Source: an uncultured Elusimicrobiaceae bacterium
Lineage (GTDB): Bacteria; Elusimicrobiota; Elusimicrobia; Elusimicrobiales; UBA9959
Assembly: GCA_964415175.1 (NCBI GenBank)
Contig: CAYPYG010000009.1
Span: 13,377 to 77,376, forward strand
Reading direction: 5' to 3'
DNA: 64,000 bases
The notes beneath the pieces are model-generated. The model saw nothing but the letters and a program-made list of their open reading frames with translations. It searched no databases and was not told the origin of the DNA. The translations under genes and the position numbers were made by a program. Shown here in pieces: positions 49,543-59,257 of the stretch; position 1 is the stretch's first letter, and every line of letters begins with the position of its first letter.

Positions 49543-51389
49543 AACTGCACCTGAAAGTGATGCTCTTCGCCCTGGCGCTGATAGGCGGCGCGCTGGCGGC
49601 CAGCATCTATTTTTCCCGCGCCGCGGTCTCCGAGGCGATAAGCGCGCAAATAGCCGAAGCGGGACAGATCGCGGCGACCGGGATGTTCCCCGCCCTGCGG
49701 AAGGCGCTGAACGCGCGCAGCGAGGCGGAAGGTCTCAAGGTCCTGCACGACTTCTCGCGCAGGACCGGCGCGCTCTACGCGGCCCTGGTCCTCGCCGACG
49801 GACGGGTCGTGGCCCATACCAACGTGGCGCTGACCGGCGCTTCGCTCTACGACCCGCTGCTCTCCAGGGCGGTCTGGAGCGGGGAGATCTCTTTCCTCCG
49901 CGCCTCCGCCGGCGGGGAGGGTTTCCGGGAAGAGACCGTCGAGACCGTGATCCCCGTCCCCTACGAACCCGCTCCCTCCGGAGAATCCCTCATCTTCGAG
50001 GGCATCCCGGAGAAGGACAAGTTCGCCGGCTTCCTGCGCGCCGCCCTTCCCCTGGCCCCGGCGAAGAAGGCCGAGGCCGACATCGGCTTCAAGCTGATGA
50101 TCCTGGCGCTGGCCATCTCCGCCGCGGCGTTGGCCATCTCCGCTCTCTTCATCAGGCTGATACTGCGCCAGGTCGCGCTGCTGGGCGAAGGGATGATGAA
50201 AGTGCGCGCGGGCGACTACAACGTCTCCGTACCCGTGGTCTCGCGCGACGAACTGGGGGAAGCGGCCGAAAGTTTCAACAAGCTCAGCCGCGGCCTCGCG
50301 GAGACGACGGTCTCGAAAGAACACCTCGATTCCCTGATAGAGAGCATGCCGGACCCGGTGATCATAGCCGGGCAGGACGGCGGGATCATCCGGGCGAACA
50401 GGGCGGCGGTCCTCTTCTCGGGCTATGACTTCAGAGGACCGGAGCCCGTGGCCCTCCGCGCCATGCTGGAGCCCGAAGCGGCGGGAGCGCCCCATCCCTG
50501 CGATCTGCTGGAGAAAGGCGCGCACATACGCGAACTGGACCTCTTGCTGGTGGCCAGCGACGGACGCCGCAGACCCGCCATGCTCTCGGCCGCGCCGGCC
50601 GGGGACCAGCTGGTCGTGGTGCTCAAGGACACCGCCCAGCACAAGGAATCGGAAGCGCGGGTCGCAAGGTATCTCAAGGAAGTGGAACGCGTCAACAGCG
50701 AACTGGACTCCTTCGCCCATACCGTCTCTCACGACCTCAAGGAGCCGCTGCGCGGCATAGAGATGTTCTCCGGTATACTGATATCGGACTACGGCGGAAG
50801 TCTCGATCCCCAGGCCGCCGACTATCTGTCCAGGGTCGTCAAGGCGGCGGGGCGCATGCGGCGCCTGATAGACGACCTGCTCGGCTACGCCCGCGTCGCC
50901 CGGACGCGCAACCCCTACGAGAAGGCCTCTTCGGCCGGACTGGCCGCCGAGGCGGCGGCCGGACTGTCGGCGCTCGTCGTCGAAAAAGGGGCTTCGGTCG
51001 TCCTGGCCGACGACCTGCCCGAGATATTCTGCGACCCGGTGAAAATGCGGCAGGTATTCCACAACCTGCTCAGCAACGCGCTCAAATATAACGAAGCCCC
51101 GAAGCCCGAAGTCAGGGTCGAAGCCGAACTTTTCGGGCAGTACTGGAAATTCTCGGTCACCGACAACGGGATAGGCGTGCCGCCCCAGTACTCGGAAGAG
51201 ATCTTCAAGATGTTCAAACGGCTCCATTCGCGCCACGAGTACGGCGGCGGGACCGGGGCCGGGCTGGCGATAGCGCATAAGATCATAGAGGAACACGGAG
51301 GCCGGATCTGGGTGGACTCGGAGGAGGGCAAGGGCTCCTCGTTCAGGTTCATAATACCCGCCGCCCCGGGAAAGGACAGGGAGGCCTGA
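49539..51389 (+). CDS. Membrane sensor histidine kinase (periplasmic domain, HAMP, PAS, HisKA, HATPase)
   Basis: Start ATG 49539; DELGEAAESFN HAMP, FAHTVSHDLKEPLR H-box, NLLSNALKY, DNGIG, GTGAGLAI. Confidence 0.93.
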   Translation: MKLHLKVMLFALALIGGALAASIYFSRAAVSEAISAQIAEAGQIAATGMFPALRKALNARSEAEGLKVLHDFSRRTGALYAALVLADGRVVAHTNVALTGASLYDPLLSRAVWSGEISFLRASAGGEGFREETVETVIPVPYEPAPSGESLIFEGIPEKDKFAGFLRAALPLAPAKKAEADIGFKLMILALAISAAALAISALFIRLILRQVALLGEGMMKVRAGDYNVSVPVVSRDELGEAAESFNKLSRGLAETTVSKEHLDSLIESMPDPVIIAGQDGGIIRANRAAVLFSGYDFRGPEPVALRAMLEPEAAGAPHPCDLLEKGAHIRELDLLLVASDGRRRPAMLSAAPAGDQLVVVLKDTAQHKESEARVARYLKEVERVNSELDSFAHTVSHDLKEPLRGIEMFSGILISDYGGSLDPQAADYLSRVVKAAGRMRRLIDDLLGYARVARTRNPYEKASSAGLAAEAAAGLSALVVEKGASVVLADDLPEIFCDPVKMRQVFHNLLSNALKYNEAPKPEVRVEAELFGQYWKFSVTDNGIGVPPQYSEEIFKMFKRLHSRHEYGGGTGAGLAIAHKIIEEHGGRIWVDSEEGKGSSFRFIIPAAPGKDREA

Positions 51390-51390
51390 A

Positions 51391-51828
51391 ATGACGCCGA
51401 TAAAAGGTGAGAAGCCAAGCCTGCTGCTGGTGGAGGACAACGAGGACGACGTTCTGATAGCCCGCAGGGCCTTCGGGGAATTCCGCATATTTTCCGAAGT
51501 GAGCGTGGCCCGCGACGGCCAGGAGGCCCTGGACATGCTTTCCGGGGCCGGGGACCGCAGGCCCCTGAGACCGTCCCTGATACTTCTCGACATAACGCTG
51601 CCCCTGATGGACGGCATCGCCCTGCTCAAGCGTCTGAAGGCGGACCCTGAGCTCCGCGCTATCCCGGTCATAATGCTGACCACCTCCTCCCGGCAGGAGG
51701 ACGTGCAGCGCAGTTACGCCGCCGGCGCCGCCTCCTATATCACCAAACCCCCGTCCCTGGAGGAATACGCCGCACTGGCCAGGAAGTTCGAGATGTACTG
51801 GATAACGGTATCCAGGCTCCCCGCCTGA
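51391..51828 (+). CDS. Single-domain response regulator (Rcp1-like)
   Basis: LLVEDNEDD, LILLDITLP, IPVIMLTTS, YITKP. Confidence 0.93.
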   Translation: MTPIKGEKPSLLLVEDNEDDVLIARRAFGEFRIFSEVSVARDGQEALDMLSGAGDRRPLRPSLILLDITLPLMDGIALLKRLKADPELRAIPVIMLTTSSRQEDVQRSYAAGAASYITKPPSLEEYAALARKFEMYWITVSRLPA

Positions 51829-51835
51829 GGCGCGC

Positions 51836-52540
51836 ATGACACCGCTCAAAAGACCGCCCATCCCCGACATCGCGCTGCTCAAGTGGCGCAATATCGCCGA
51901 TCTGCTGGCCGAAGTCGCCGGAGTCCCTTCCGCCTCGATAAACATGCTGGAAGGCGACCAGCTGCGCGTAATAGGCGTCAGCAAAGGCCCGGACAACCCA
52001 GTCGGCGAAGGCTCCCTCATAAAGACCGGCGAGGACTCGCGCAGCTACTGCAGCGCGGTCATACAGGCCAGGGAAAGGCTGGTCGTGCAGGACGCGCGCA
52101 GGAGCGCCTACTGGAAGAACGGCGAGATGGTGAAGGCCGGCTTCATCTCCTACGCCGGCGTGCCCGTTTTCCATCCCGACGGGGACATCTTCGGCAGCAT
52201 CTGTCTCTTCGACCGCAAGACCAACGATTTCCAGGGGCCGGTACTGCGCCTCATGGAGGAGTTCGCCGACATCATAACGGGGCACCTTTCCCTGATAGCC
52301 AAGAACGCGCAGCTGGAGGAGACGCTCAAGGAAGTGCGCACGCTGCAGGGGCTGATCCCCATCTGCGCCAACTGCAAGAAGATACGCGACGACAAGGGCT
52401 TCTGGCAGAGGGTGGAAGTATACCTGGAGCAGCGCTCGGCCGCGCGCTTCACGCACGGCCTCTGCGACGCCTGCGCCGACAAACTTTACGGCAAGGAATC
52501 CTGGTACAAGGATGTCAAGAAGCCGGGAAAGGGGGAATAG
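51836..52540 (+). CDS. GAF domain protein with C-terminal Cys/His (CxxC...HGxCxxC) domain
   Basis: GAF core (SYAGVPV...GSICLFD), coiled coil, GLIPICANCKKIRDD...FTHGLCDAC. Confidence 0.85.
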   Translation: MTPLKRPPIPDIALLKWRNIADLLAEVAGVPSASINMLEGDQLRVIGVSKGPDNPVGEGSLIKTGEDSRSYCSAVIQARERLVVQDARRSAYWKNGEMVKAGFISYAGVPVFHPDGDIFGSICLFDRKTNDFQGPVLRLMEEFADIITGHLSLIAKNAQLEETLKEVRTLQGLIPICANCKKIRDDKGFWQRVEVYLEQRSAARFTHGLCDACADKLYGKESWYKDVKKPGKGE

Positions 52541-52570
52541 CCGGCCTTTCCGCGCGGCTCCGGGAGACAC

Positions 52571-53866
52571 ATGTCAGACAACGACGTTCCCGCCGAAGGG
52601 ATATTGCGTTCCTTCAGGCACCGCGACTACCGCCTCTTCTACTCCGGCCAGATCGTCTCGCTCACCGGGAACTGGATACAGACCACGGTGCAGGGCTGGC
52701 TGGTCTACAGCCTGACCCTGTCCTCCGCCGCGCTGGGAGCGGTCGGCTTCGCCGCCATGGTCCCGACGCTGCTGCTCGGCGCTTTCGCCGGGGTATACGC
52801 CGACCGCTGGGACCGGCGCCGGGCCCTGATCGGCACGCAGGCGCTGGCCATGCTGCAGGCCTCGCTCCTGGCCGCGCTGACCTTGTCCGGCGTCGTGCAG
52901 GTCTGGCAGATAGCGCTGCTGGCCTGCTTCGCGGGCTGCGTCGGGGCTTTCGACATGCCGATACGCCAGTCCTTCGTGGTGGAACTGGTCGGCCGGCGCG
53001 ACCTGTCGAACGCGCTGGCGCTCAACTCGATGATGTTCAATATGGCCCGCATCGCGGGTCCCGCCGCGGCCGGCGTCCTGATAGGCCTGATGGGGCCCGG
53101 ATGGTGTTTCGCGCTCAACGCCGCCACCTACACTTTCGTGATCGCCGCGCTCTGGAGGATATCCGGCAAAAGGGAGGGAGCGCGGGACGCGGCGCCGCGC
53201 GAGCCGGTGATGAAATCGCTCAAGGCGGGCCTGCGCTACGCCTGGAGCCATCACCACATACGCAACCCGCTGATACTGCTGGCCTGCGTCAGCCTGGTCA
53301 TCATGCCTTTCATGACGCTGATGCCGGTGGCCGCGGTCGAACTGCTGGAAGGGGGGGCGGGAACCCTGGGCCTGCTGTTATCCAGCGTCGGGGCCGGGGC
53401 CTTCGCCGGCGGACTGCACCTGGCCGGCCGCGCTTCGCCCAGGAGGATGGGCTCCCTGATAGGGTCCGCCTCGGTCCTCTACGGCGCCGCGGTGATCACC
53501 TTTTCCTTCTCCCGGGTGCAGGCGGCCTCGTGCCTGCTGCTGGTGGCGGCGGGAGCGGGGATGATGAGGCAGTCGGTCGGCTGCAATACGCTGATACAAA
53601 GCCTTGTGGCGGAAAATATGCGGGGGCGGGTGATGAGCCTCTACGTGCTGACCTTCGTCGGACTGGCGCCGCTGGGAAGCCTCTTCCTGGGCTGGCTGGC
53701 GGAACATATCGGCATAGCGGGGACGGTGCGGCTGACGGGGCTCTGGGTGCTCCTCTCCGCGGCCTGGTTCATCTCCAGGCTCTGGGAGATGAAGGAGAGC
53801 GTGAAACGTCTCTCGGCGGAGACGGAGGCGGCCGGCGGCGCCGCCTGGCTTAAGGAACTCATCTGA
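52571..53866 (+). CDS. MFS transporter (DHA3/EntS-like)
   Basis: FRHRDYRLF, GVYADRWDRRR, FDMPIRQSF, ALNSMMFNMARIAGPA, RGRVMSLY. Confidence 0.9.
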   Translation: MSDNDVPAEGILRSFRHRDYRLFYSGQIVSLTGNWIQTTVQGWLVYSLTLSSAALGAVGFAAMVPTLLLGAFAGVYADRWDRRRALIGTQALAMLQASLLAALTLSGVVQVWQIALLACFAGCVGAFDMPIRQSFVVELVGRRDLSNALALNSMMFNMARIAGPAAAGVLIGLMGPGWCFALNAATYTFVIAALWRISGKREGARDAAPREPVMKSLKAGLRYAWSHHHIRNPLILLACVSLVIMPFMTLMPVAAVELLEGGAGTLGLLLSSVGAGAFAGGLHLAGRASPRRMGSLIGSASVLYGAAVITFSFSRVQAASCLLLVAAGAGMMRQSVGCNTLIQSLVAENMRGRVMSLYVLTFVGLAPLGSLFLGWLAEHIGIAGTVRLTGLWVLLSAAWFISRLWEMKESVKRLSAETEAAGGAAWLKELI

Positions 53867-53872
53867 CCGGCC

Positions 53873-54394
53873 TCAGGGCTTCTTGAAAAGCGGCAGGTAT
53901 TCCCCGTATCCTTCTTTCTCGAGGTCTTCGAGCGGCACGAAGCGCAGCGCCGCCGAATTTATGCAGTAGCGCAGCCCTCCGGGGCCGGGGCCGTCGGGGA
54001 AGACATGCCCCAGGTGGGAGTCGCTGGTGGGCGAACGCACCTCGGTGCGGACCATGCCCAAGCTCTCGTCCGGCCTCTCCTCGACGGCGCCGTTTTTGAG
54101 CGGCCTGGTGAAGCTCGGCCAGCCGGAACCGGAATCGAACTTGTCCGTGGAAGCGAAGAGAGGCTCCCCGCTGATGGGGTCCACGTAAAGCCCCGGCTTT
54201 TTATTGTCCCAATATTCGTTGGCGAACGGCGTCTCCGTGCCGCACTGCTTCATCACCCTGTATTGTTCCGGCGTCAATCCGGCCGCGGAGTTCTTTCCAG
54301 GTTCCTCTTCCGCCATATCGCTCCTCCCCGCGCCGCCCGAACAGCCGAGCAGGGCGGCGGTCATCGTCAGTAATAAAGCCCGTTTCATGTCCAT
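53873..54394 (-). CDS. msrB: Peptide-methionine (R)-S-oxide reductase, lipoprotein
   Basis: [36 protein letters not shown]; N-terminal LLGC lipobox. Confidence 0.95.
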   Translation of the reverse strand: MDMKRALLLTMTAALLGCSGGAGRSDMAEEEPGKNSAAGLTPEQYRVMKQCGTETPFANEYWDNKKPGLYVDPISGEPLFASTDKFDSGSGWPSFTRPLKNGAVEERPDESLGMVRTEVRSPTSDSHLGHVFPDGPGPGGLRYCINSAALRFVPLEDLEKEGYGEYLPLFKKP

Positions 54395-54401
54395 CTCCTG
54401 T

Positions 54402-54983
54402 TCAAAAGCCGATAAACCCCAGGTGCGAGAGGAGTATCTTGAGTCCGATCAGCACCAGGATGACGCCGCCGGCGGCCTCCATCCTGTGCTCGAAGAAATG
54501 TCCGCCTGCGGAACCGAGCCTGACCCCGGCCACGGACATCAGGAAGGTCACGGCCCCTATTATCAGGACGGGCGCGGCTATCGACACCTTGAGGAAAGAG
54601 AAAGTCAGACCGACGGCGAGAGCGTCGATGCTCGTCGCCACCGCCAGCACGGTCAGTGTCCAGGTATGGAAAGGGCAGGATCTTTCTCCGCCGCACTCCT
54701 CTTCTTCCTTTATCCTGAGCGACTCGTATATCATTTTACCGCCCACCGCGGTCAGCAGGCCGAAAGCCAGCCAGTGGTCGAAGGCTTCGATATAGACCTT
54801 CATGCCCCGGCCCGCCAGCCAGCCCAGCACCGGCATCAGGGCCTGGAAACCGCCGAAGAACGCGCCCATCTTGAGCGCGTGGGGGACGTTAAGCCGCGTC
54901 ATCGTGGTCCCGCTGGCCACGGAGACCGCGAAAGCGTCCATCGAAAGCGCCAGGGCTATGAGCAGTATCTCCGTCAAAGGCAT
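54402..54983 (-). CDS. mntP: Manganese efflux pump MntP
   Basis: [48 protein letters not shown]; start 54983. Confidence 0.92.
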   Translation of the reverse strand: MPLTEILLIALALSMDAFAVSVASGTTMTRLNVPHALKMGAFFGGFQALMPVLGWLAGRGMKVYIEAFDHWLAFGLLTAVGGKMIYESLRIKEEEECGGERSCPFHTWTLTVLAVATSIDALAVGLTFSFLKVSIAAPVLIIGAVTFLMSVAGVRLGSAGGHFFEHRMEAAGGVILVLIGLKILLSHLGFIGF

Positions 54984-55100
54984 CACAAGATTATAGTAAA
55001 CGGAGGACTTTAGTCCCAGACCGGGATAGGCCCCGCGGCCCTTACGCGGCGCCGCGGTCTTTATTAAAATATTTACCGTATGGTAAATTCCGTAGGGGGT

Positions 55101-56234
55101 ATGATAGTGAATAGAATGATAGCCGCTCTCGTTTCCTTTATACTGGTTCCCGGCGCGTGGGCTTTCGAACTTCCCTCGATGAGTTCCGCCGACATGAACG
55201 CGGCCGAAATACCGGCCGCGCCCGAGGCCTCCGCCGTGTCCGCGGCCAAAGCCGCCGGCCAGCATCTCTGGATGAGCGTCCGCCACAACGAATACGTCAA
55301 GGAGGCCCAGGCCAACGATTACTCGGCCCGCATCGAATCCCGCGTCCGCAGGGACTTCGACGGCAGTTTCAGCGTCAATAACCGCGTGGAAAACGACTAT
55401 GGCTGGGCTTCCATCCGCAAATGGCAGGAGAACTACACCTATTCCGGTTCCGGCTCCTATGTCACGATGAACTGCTATTCGACCAGTTGCAATATAAACG
55501 GCAATGTGCGGGCCGACGGCAAGACCGTATACCTGAGCGCCTTCGTCAACCGCCGTTTCGACGACTATTCCTGGAGCGTGAGCGGCTCGGGCCTGAACCT
55601 CTACACCGACAAACATTCCATTAACGGCAATTACGATCCCGACCGCGCGCCCAAGCAGGCCGTCGCGGCCGTGGTCTCGCTGCTGCTCGCCAGAGGCATC
55701 GACGCGTCCGCCGGGCCCGCGGACACCAAGGCTGTTCAGAACGGCCAGCGCATCTGGATGTCCATCCGCTCCGGCGGCCCCTGGAACGAGGTGGAGGCCG
55801 TCGACCCCTGGGCGCGCATCGAAGTGGGCCTGCGCAAGGTCTTCGACCGCGAGTACGACGCCGAACTGGAGACCGACGGCGACAGGCAATGGGGCCGCGT
55901 CAGCGGCTTCTTCACCCGCCGCTACGAGCTCCGCGCCGGCCGCACCGATCTGCGCATGGAGGAGTGGGCCGGGAATTTCCGCATAACCGGCCGGGTGGCC
56001 GTCGAAAGACCGGATACGGACGAAGTCGCCGTCAGCCTGGAGATGCGCGAGCGCTTCCCGGACGACGGCTCCTTCTATATCCGCGAGAACGGCATACGCC
56101 TCGACATCGACCGCAACGGCCTCAGCGGCGAGGTGGACCTCAAGGTCTATCCCAAGCAGGTGGTGGCGTCGATAGCCGCGCTGGTGATGACCTACCAGCA
56201 GATCAACGAGCCTCAGCCGCAGCAGCCGCGCTGA
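55101..56234 (+). CDS. Secreted hypothetical protein with an internal tandem domain duplication
   Basis: Signal peptide; two ~160-aa units starting Q[HR][LI]WMS[VI]R and ending PKQxVA; AGGGGG SD. Confidence 0.8.
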   Translation: MIVNRMIAALVSFILVPGAWAFELPSMSSADMNAAEIPAAPEASAVSAAKAAGQHLWMSVRHNEYVKEAQANDYSARIESRVRRDFDGSFSVNNRVENDYGWASIRKWQENYTYSGSGSYVTMNCYSTSCNINGNVRADGKTVYLSAFVNRRFDDYSWSVSGSGLNLYTDKHSINGNYDPDRAPKQAVAAVVSLLLARGIDASAGPADTKAVQNGQRIWMSIRSGGPWNEVEAVDPWARIEVGLRKVFDREYDAELETDGDRQWGRVSGFFTRRYELRAGRTDLRMEEWAGNFRITGRVAVERPDTDEVAVSLEMRERFPDDGSFYIRENGIRLDIDRNGLSGEVDLKVYPKQVVASIAALVMTYQQINEPQPQQPR

Positions 56235-56254
56235 CCGCGGCGGCGGTCCGCGAA

Positions 56255-56288
56255 GACCCTCCCCCGGAGAAGGGGAGGGCCTTTTTTT
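56255..56288 (+). terminator. Intrinsic terminator
   Basis: CCCTCCCC-loop-GGGGAGGG followed by T7. Confidence 0.8.
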
Positions 56289-56318
56289 ATCGTTTAATTA
56301 TTTATATATTCATTACAT

Positions 56319-56831
56319 ATGAACCCCCTAAGCCTCATACGCCAGTTCATCAAAGGCCTGACGGCCGAGACCACTCCGGGCCAGATCGGCGCGGGCATAG
56401 CCCTCGGTTTCCTGATAGGCCTCATGCCCAAGGCCACGCTGACCGCGCAGCTGCTGATAGTCGTCATGATGGCCTCGAAAGTGAACCTCCCGATGGCCGT
56501 CTTCGCGGTGGCCATAGTCAGCCTGCTCAACCCTTTCATCGACAAGGTGACGGATCCCGTCGGCTACGCCCTGCTGACGGCCGAAGCCCTGCGCCCGCTC
56601 TGGACGAAGCTCTACAATACGCCCGTCTTCCCCTGGACCGGGTTCAACAACACCGTGGTCCCGGGCGGGCTCGTTTTCGGCGCGGTCATGCTGGCCCCGG
56701 TATATCTCGGCGGAAAGAAGTTCGGCGCCTATTACAATGACAAGCTGCGCGCGCGGGTCATGAACTCGAAATTCGTCAAAGGCCTCAAGGCTTCCTGGCT
56801 CTTCGACTGGTATTTCAGGGAGGGGGTGTAA
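56319..56831 (+). CDS. TIGR03546-family membrane protein (DUF2062-like)
   Basis: GQIGAGIALGFLIGLMP, LYNTPVFPWTGFNNTVVPG; paired with the next gene. Confidence 0.8.
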   Translation: MNPLSLIRQFIKGLTAETTPGQIGAGIALGFLIGLMPKATLTAQLLIVVMMASKVNLPMAVFAVAIVSLLNPFIDKVTDPVGYALLTAEALRPLWTKLYNTPVFPWTGFNNTVVPGGLVFGAVMLAPVYLGGKKFGAYYNDKLRARVMNSKFVKGLKASWLFDWYFREGV

Positions 56832-56832
56832 T

Positions 56833-58593
56833 ATGCGCTGGTCCTATGTCGCGCCCCGCCTGACCCTCCTGGTCCTGCTCTGGGCCTTCTTCTTCTTCGC
56901 TTTCGACCCCCTCCTGAAATGGGGGATGATCAAGGGCATCGAGAAGGCCGCCAAGGCCAAGGCCGAGATCGCGGAGCTTGAGACCGGCTTCTTCCCTCCC
57001 CGCCTGAAGATGGCGGGACTGGCCGTCGGAGACTCCTCCGCCGAGTTCACCAATGTCGTGGAATTCGCCGAACTCTCCTTCGCCGCCGAGGGCAAGCCGC
57101 TGCTGGAGAAGAAGCTGGTGGTCGAAGAGGGGACCCTCAAAGGCCTCCGCTTCGGCACGCCGCGCAAAACCTCCGCGAAACTCCCCTTCGTTAAAGAAGA
57201 GGAAGAGGAGTCCAGGCTGGCGGCCGCGATGAGCGCCGAGGCGAAGAACTTCGCCCTCGACCGGGTGGGCGACGTCAAGACGGACCTCTCCGCGGACTAC
57301 AAGGTGGAGCCCGGGGACCTGGAATCCGTTAAGCTGGCCAAAGAGCTGGAGGAGTCCTATACGGCGAATTACGCCGGCCTGGCGGAGAAGTTCGACGACG
57401 GGAAGTACAAGGCCGACATGGACGCGCTCAAAGCCCGCTATGAAAAGGCGAAGGGCGAGAAGAACTTCATAAAGCAGGCCAAGGAATACGCCGACATCGC
57501 CAAGGACGCCAAAAAAGTGATGGACGCCTTCAAGAAGGACAAGGCCGCCGCCGAAGCCGCCCTGGCGGAAGCCAAAGGCGCTTTCAAGAAACTGGAGGAG
57601 GCGCGCCGGCGGGACCAGGCCGCGGTCATGGCCAAAATGAAGCTTCCCTCACTCGATACCCGCTCCATAGGCAGGATGCTGGCCGGCCCGATGATAGCGG
57701 AGAAGACCGAACAGCTCATGAAGTGGATGGCGATCGCGAAAAAATACATGCCGGCCGGGACCAAGGGCGTGCTGAAGAACGAGGCGCCCCGGGGCCGGGA
57801 AGTCCACTTCCCCAAAGAGAAGACCTACCCGACCGTCCTTATAAAGAAGCTGCAACTGACGGGGGAACTGGGACTCGACCAGCCGCTGGACTACTCCGGC
57901 ACCATAGAGGGCCTGACCACCCAGCCGCAGGTTTACGGCCGGCCGACCATAGCCGCTATAAAAGGTGCCAAGGGCCCGCGCCGGCTGGATTTCCGCGGTT
58001 CCCTGGACGCCACGGGCGACCTTATCCGCACCGACTCCAGGCTGTCCTATTCCGGCATGGCCATAGGCGCCATGAGCCTCGGCTCGCCGTCCTCTCTTTC
58101 CGTGGCTATAAACGGCGCGACCGGCGCGCTGGAGGCCTCGGCCGCCACGGAGGGGGACAAGGTCTCGGGCAAGGCCGCCTTCCGCCTGACCGGCGCCTCG
58201 TTCAAGCCCTCGGCGGAGAACATAAAGGCCGCCCAGCTGCGCTCGGCGGTAGAGTCCTCCTTCGCCGGACTGACCTCCGCGCTGATAGAGGCCGACATCT
58301 CCGGCACCGTAACGAAGCCCGAGCTGTCCGTCAGGACGGACCTGGCCGACAACCTCTCCAAAGCCTTCTCCTCCGCCATGGGGGCGGAGCTTAAGAAAGC
58401 GCAGGACGCGGCGAAGGCGAAGGTGGACGAGGCCCTCAAGCCCTACAAGGACCGCCTGGACTCCATGGCCTCGGAAAAGCAGGCCGAGCTCTCCAATAAA
58501 CTCAAGGCCTCCGGCGACAGGCTGTCCGCGGAGGGGGAGAGCCTCCTCAAGGGTTCCTCCGGCAGATCGCCCCTGGACAAATTGAAGTTCTAA
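56833..58593 (+). CDS. TIGR03545-family protein (AsmA-like)
   Basis: MRWSY...FDPLLKWG N-anchor, GLRFGTPRKTSA, RGREVHFP, helical middle, beta-rich C-terminal half. Confidence 0.75.
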   Translation: MRWSYVAPRLTLLVLLWAFFFFAFDPLLKWGMIKGIEKAAKAKAEIAELETGFFPPRLKMAGLAVGDSSAEFTNVVEFAELSFAAEGKPLLEKKLVVEEGTLKGLRFGTPRKTSAKLPFVKEEEEESRLAAAMSAEAKNFALDRVGDVKTDLSADYKVEPGDLESVKLAKELEESYTANYAGLAEKFDDGKYKADMDALKARYEKAKGEKNFIKQAKEYADIAKDAKKVMDAFKKDKAAAEAALAEAKGAFKKLEEARRRDQAAVMAKMKLPSLDTRSIGRMLAGPMIAEKTEQLMKWMAIAKKYMPAGTKGVLKNEAPRGREVHFPKEKTYPTVLIKKLQLTGELGLDQPLDYSGTIEGLTTQPQVYGRPTIAAIKGAKGPRRLDFRGSLDATGDLIRTDSRLSYSGMAIGAMSLGSPSSLSVAINGATGALEASAATEGDKVSGKAAFRLTGASFKPSAENIKAAQLRSAVESSFAGLTSALIEADISGTVTKPELSVRTDLADNLSKAFSSAMGAELKKAQDAAKAKVDEALKPYKDRLDSMASEKQAELSNKLKASGDRLSAEGESLLKGSSGRSPLDKLKF

Positions 58594-58612
58594 TTACGCC
58601 GTTACAGGGTCT

Positions 58613-58646
58613 CAAAGCCTCCCTTTCCCGGGAGGCTTTGCCTTTT
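58613..58646 (+). terminator. Intrinsic terminator
   Basis: CAAAGCCTCCC-loop-GGGAGGCTTTG then CCTTTT. Confidence 0.75.
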
Positions 58647-58720
58647 ATAGGACCCGCCGGACAGGTAACGCGGATCACCGGGACGTTACCCGTCGTAAAA
58701 AAAACGCTTAACGAAGCCTC

Positions 58721-58749
58721 TTGACAAATCAGTAACGATGGTGTATAGT
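58721..58749 (+). promoter_or_regulatory. Near-consensus sigma70 promoter of the hydrogenase operon
   Basis: TTGACA 58721-58726, 17-bp spacer, TATAGT 58744-58749. Confidence 0.85.
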
Positions 58750-58762
58750 ATTTGCGTAGTCA

Positions 58763-58780
58763 TCGTTAATTGGTTAACGT
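58763..58780. promoter_or_regulatory. Candidate Rex operator
   Basis: TCGTTAA-TTGG-TTAACGT; 7-4-7 geometry resembling the TTGTTAA-N4-TTAACAA Rex variant; just downstream of the promoter of a rex-containing operon. Confidence 0.55.
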
Positions 58781-58836
58781 TATAAAATAACGATGCCTGG
58801 CAATCGTTACAAATGGAACGGAGCGGGGAGGAACTT

Positions 58837-59253
58837 ATGGCGAAGATATTATGCGTGGACGACGACAGGGACATACTCGACACTTGCGAGGTGGTCCTGC
58901 AGGGGCAGGGGCACTCGGTGGCCACCGCGGTCAACAGCAAGGAAGGCTTCGAGAAGGCGCTCAAGGAAAAACCGGCGCTGATAATCCTGGACGTCATGAT
59001 GGACGATTCCACCGAAGGCTTCCACATGGCCCAGAAACTGCGCGCGACCGAGTCGCTTAAGTATATACCTATACTGATGCTGACCTCCGTGAACGAGACC
59101 TCGCCGCAGAAGTTCGGCGAGAAGGACGGGGAGTTCCTGCCCGTGGACGCCTTCATGGAAAAGCCCGTAAAGCCCAAGGAGTTCGTGGCCAAGGTGGCGG
59201 AGCTGCTGGCCCTTAAGAAGGACCAGGTCAACGTGGAAGGCAGGACCAGGTAA
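58837..59253 (+). CDS. Single-domain response regulator
   Basis: ILCVDDD, IILDVMM, IPILMLTS, FMEKP; GGAGG SD before ATG 58837. Confidence 0.9.
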   Translation: MAKILCVDDDRDILDTCEVVLQGQGHSVATAVNSKEGFEKALKEKPALIILDVMMDDSTEGFHMAQKLRATESLKYIPILMLTSVNETSPQKFGEKDGEFLPVDAFMEKPVKPKEFVAKVAELLALKKDQVNVEGRTR

Positions 59254-59257
59254 CCGT

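Noticed and set aside
54984-55070. yybP-ykoY (Mn2+) riboswitch upstream of mntP
   Set aside because: No conserved riboswitch motifs seen; a -10 box 6 nt before the start implies a leaderless transcript.
56319-58593. TIGR03546/TIGR03545 pair as a novel system
   Set aside because: Already described as a conserved uncharacterised gene pair; nothing unusual here.
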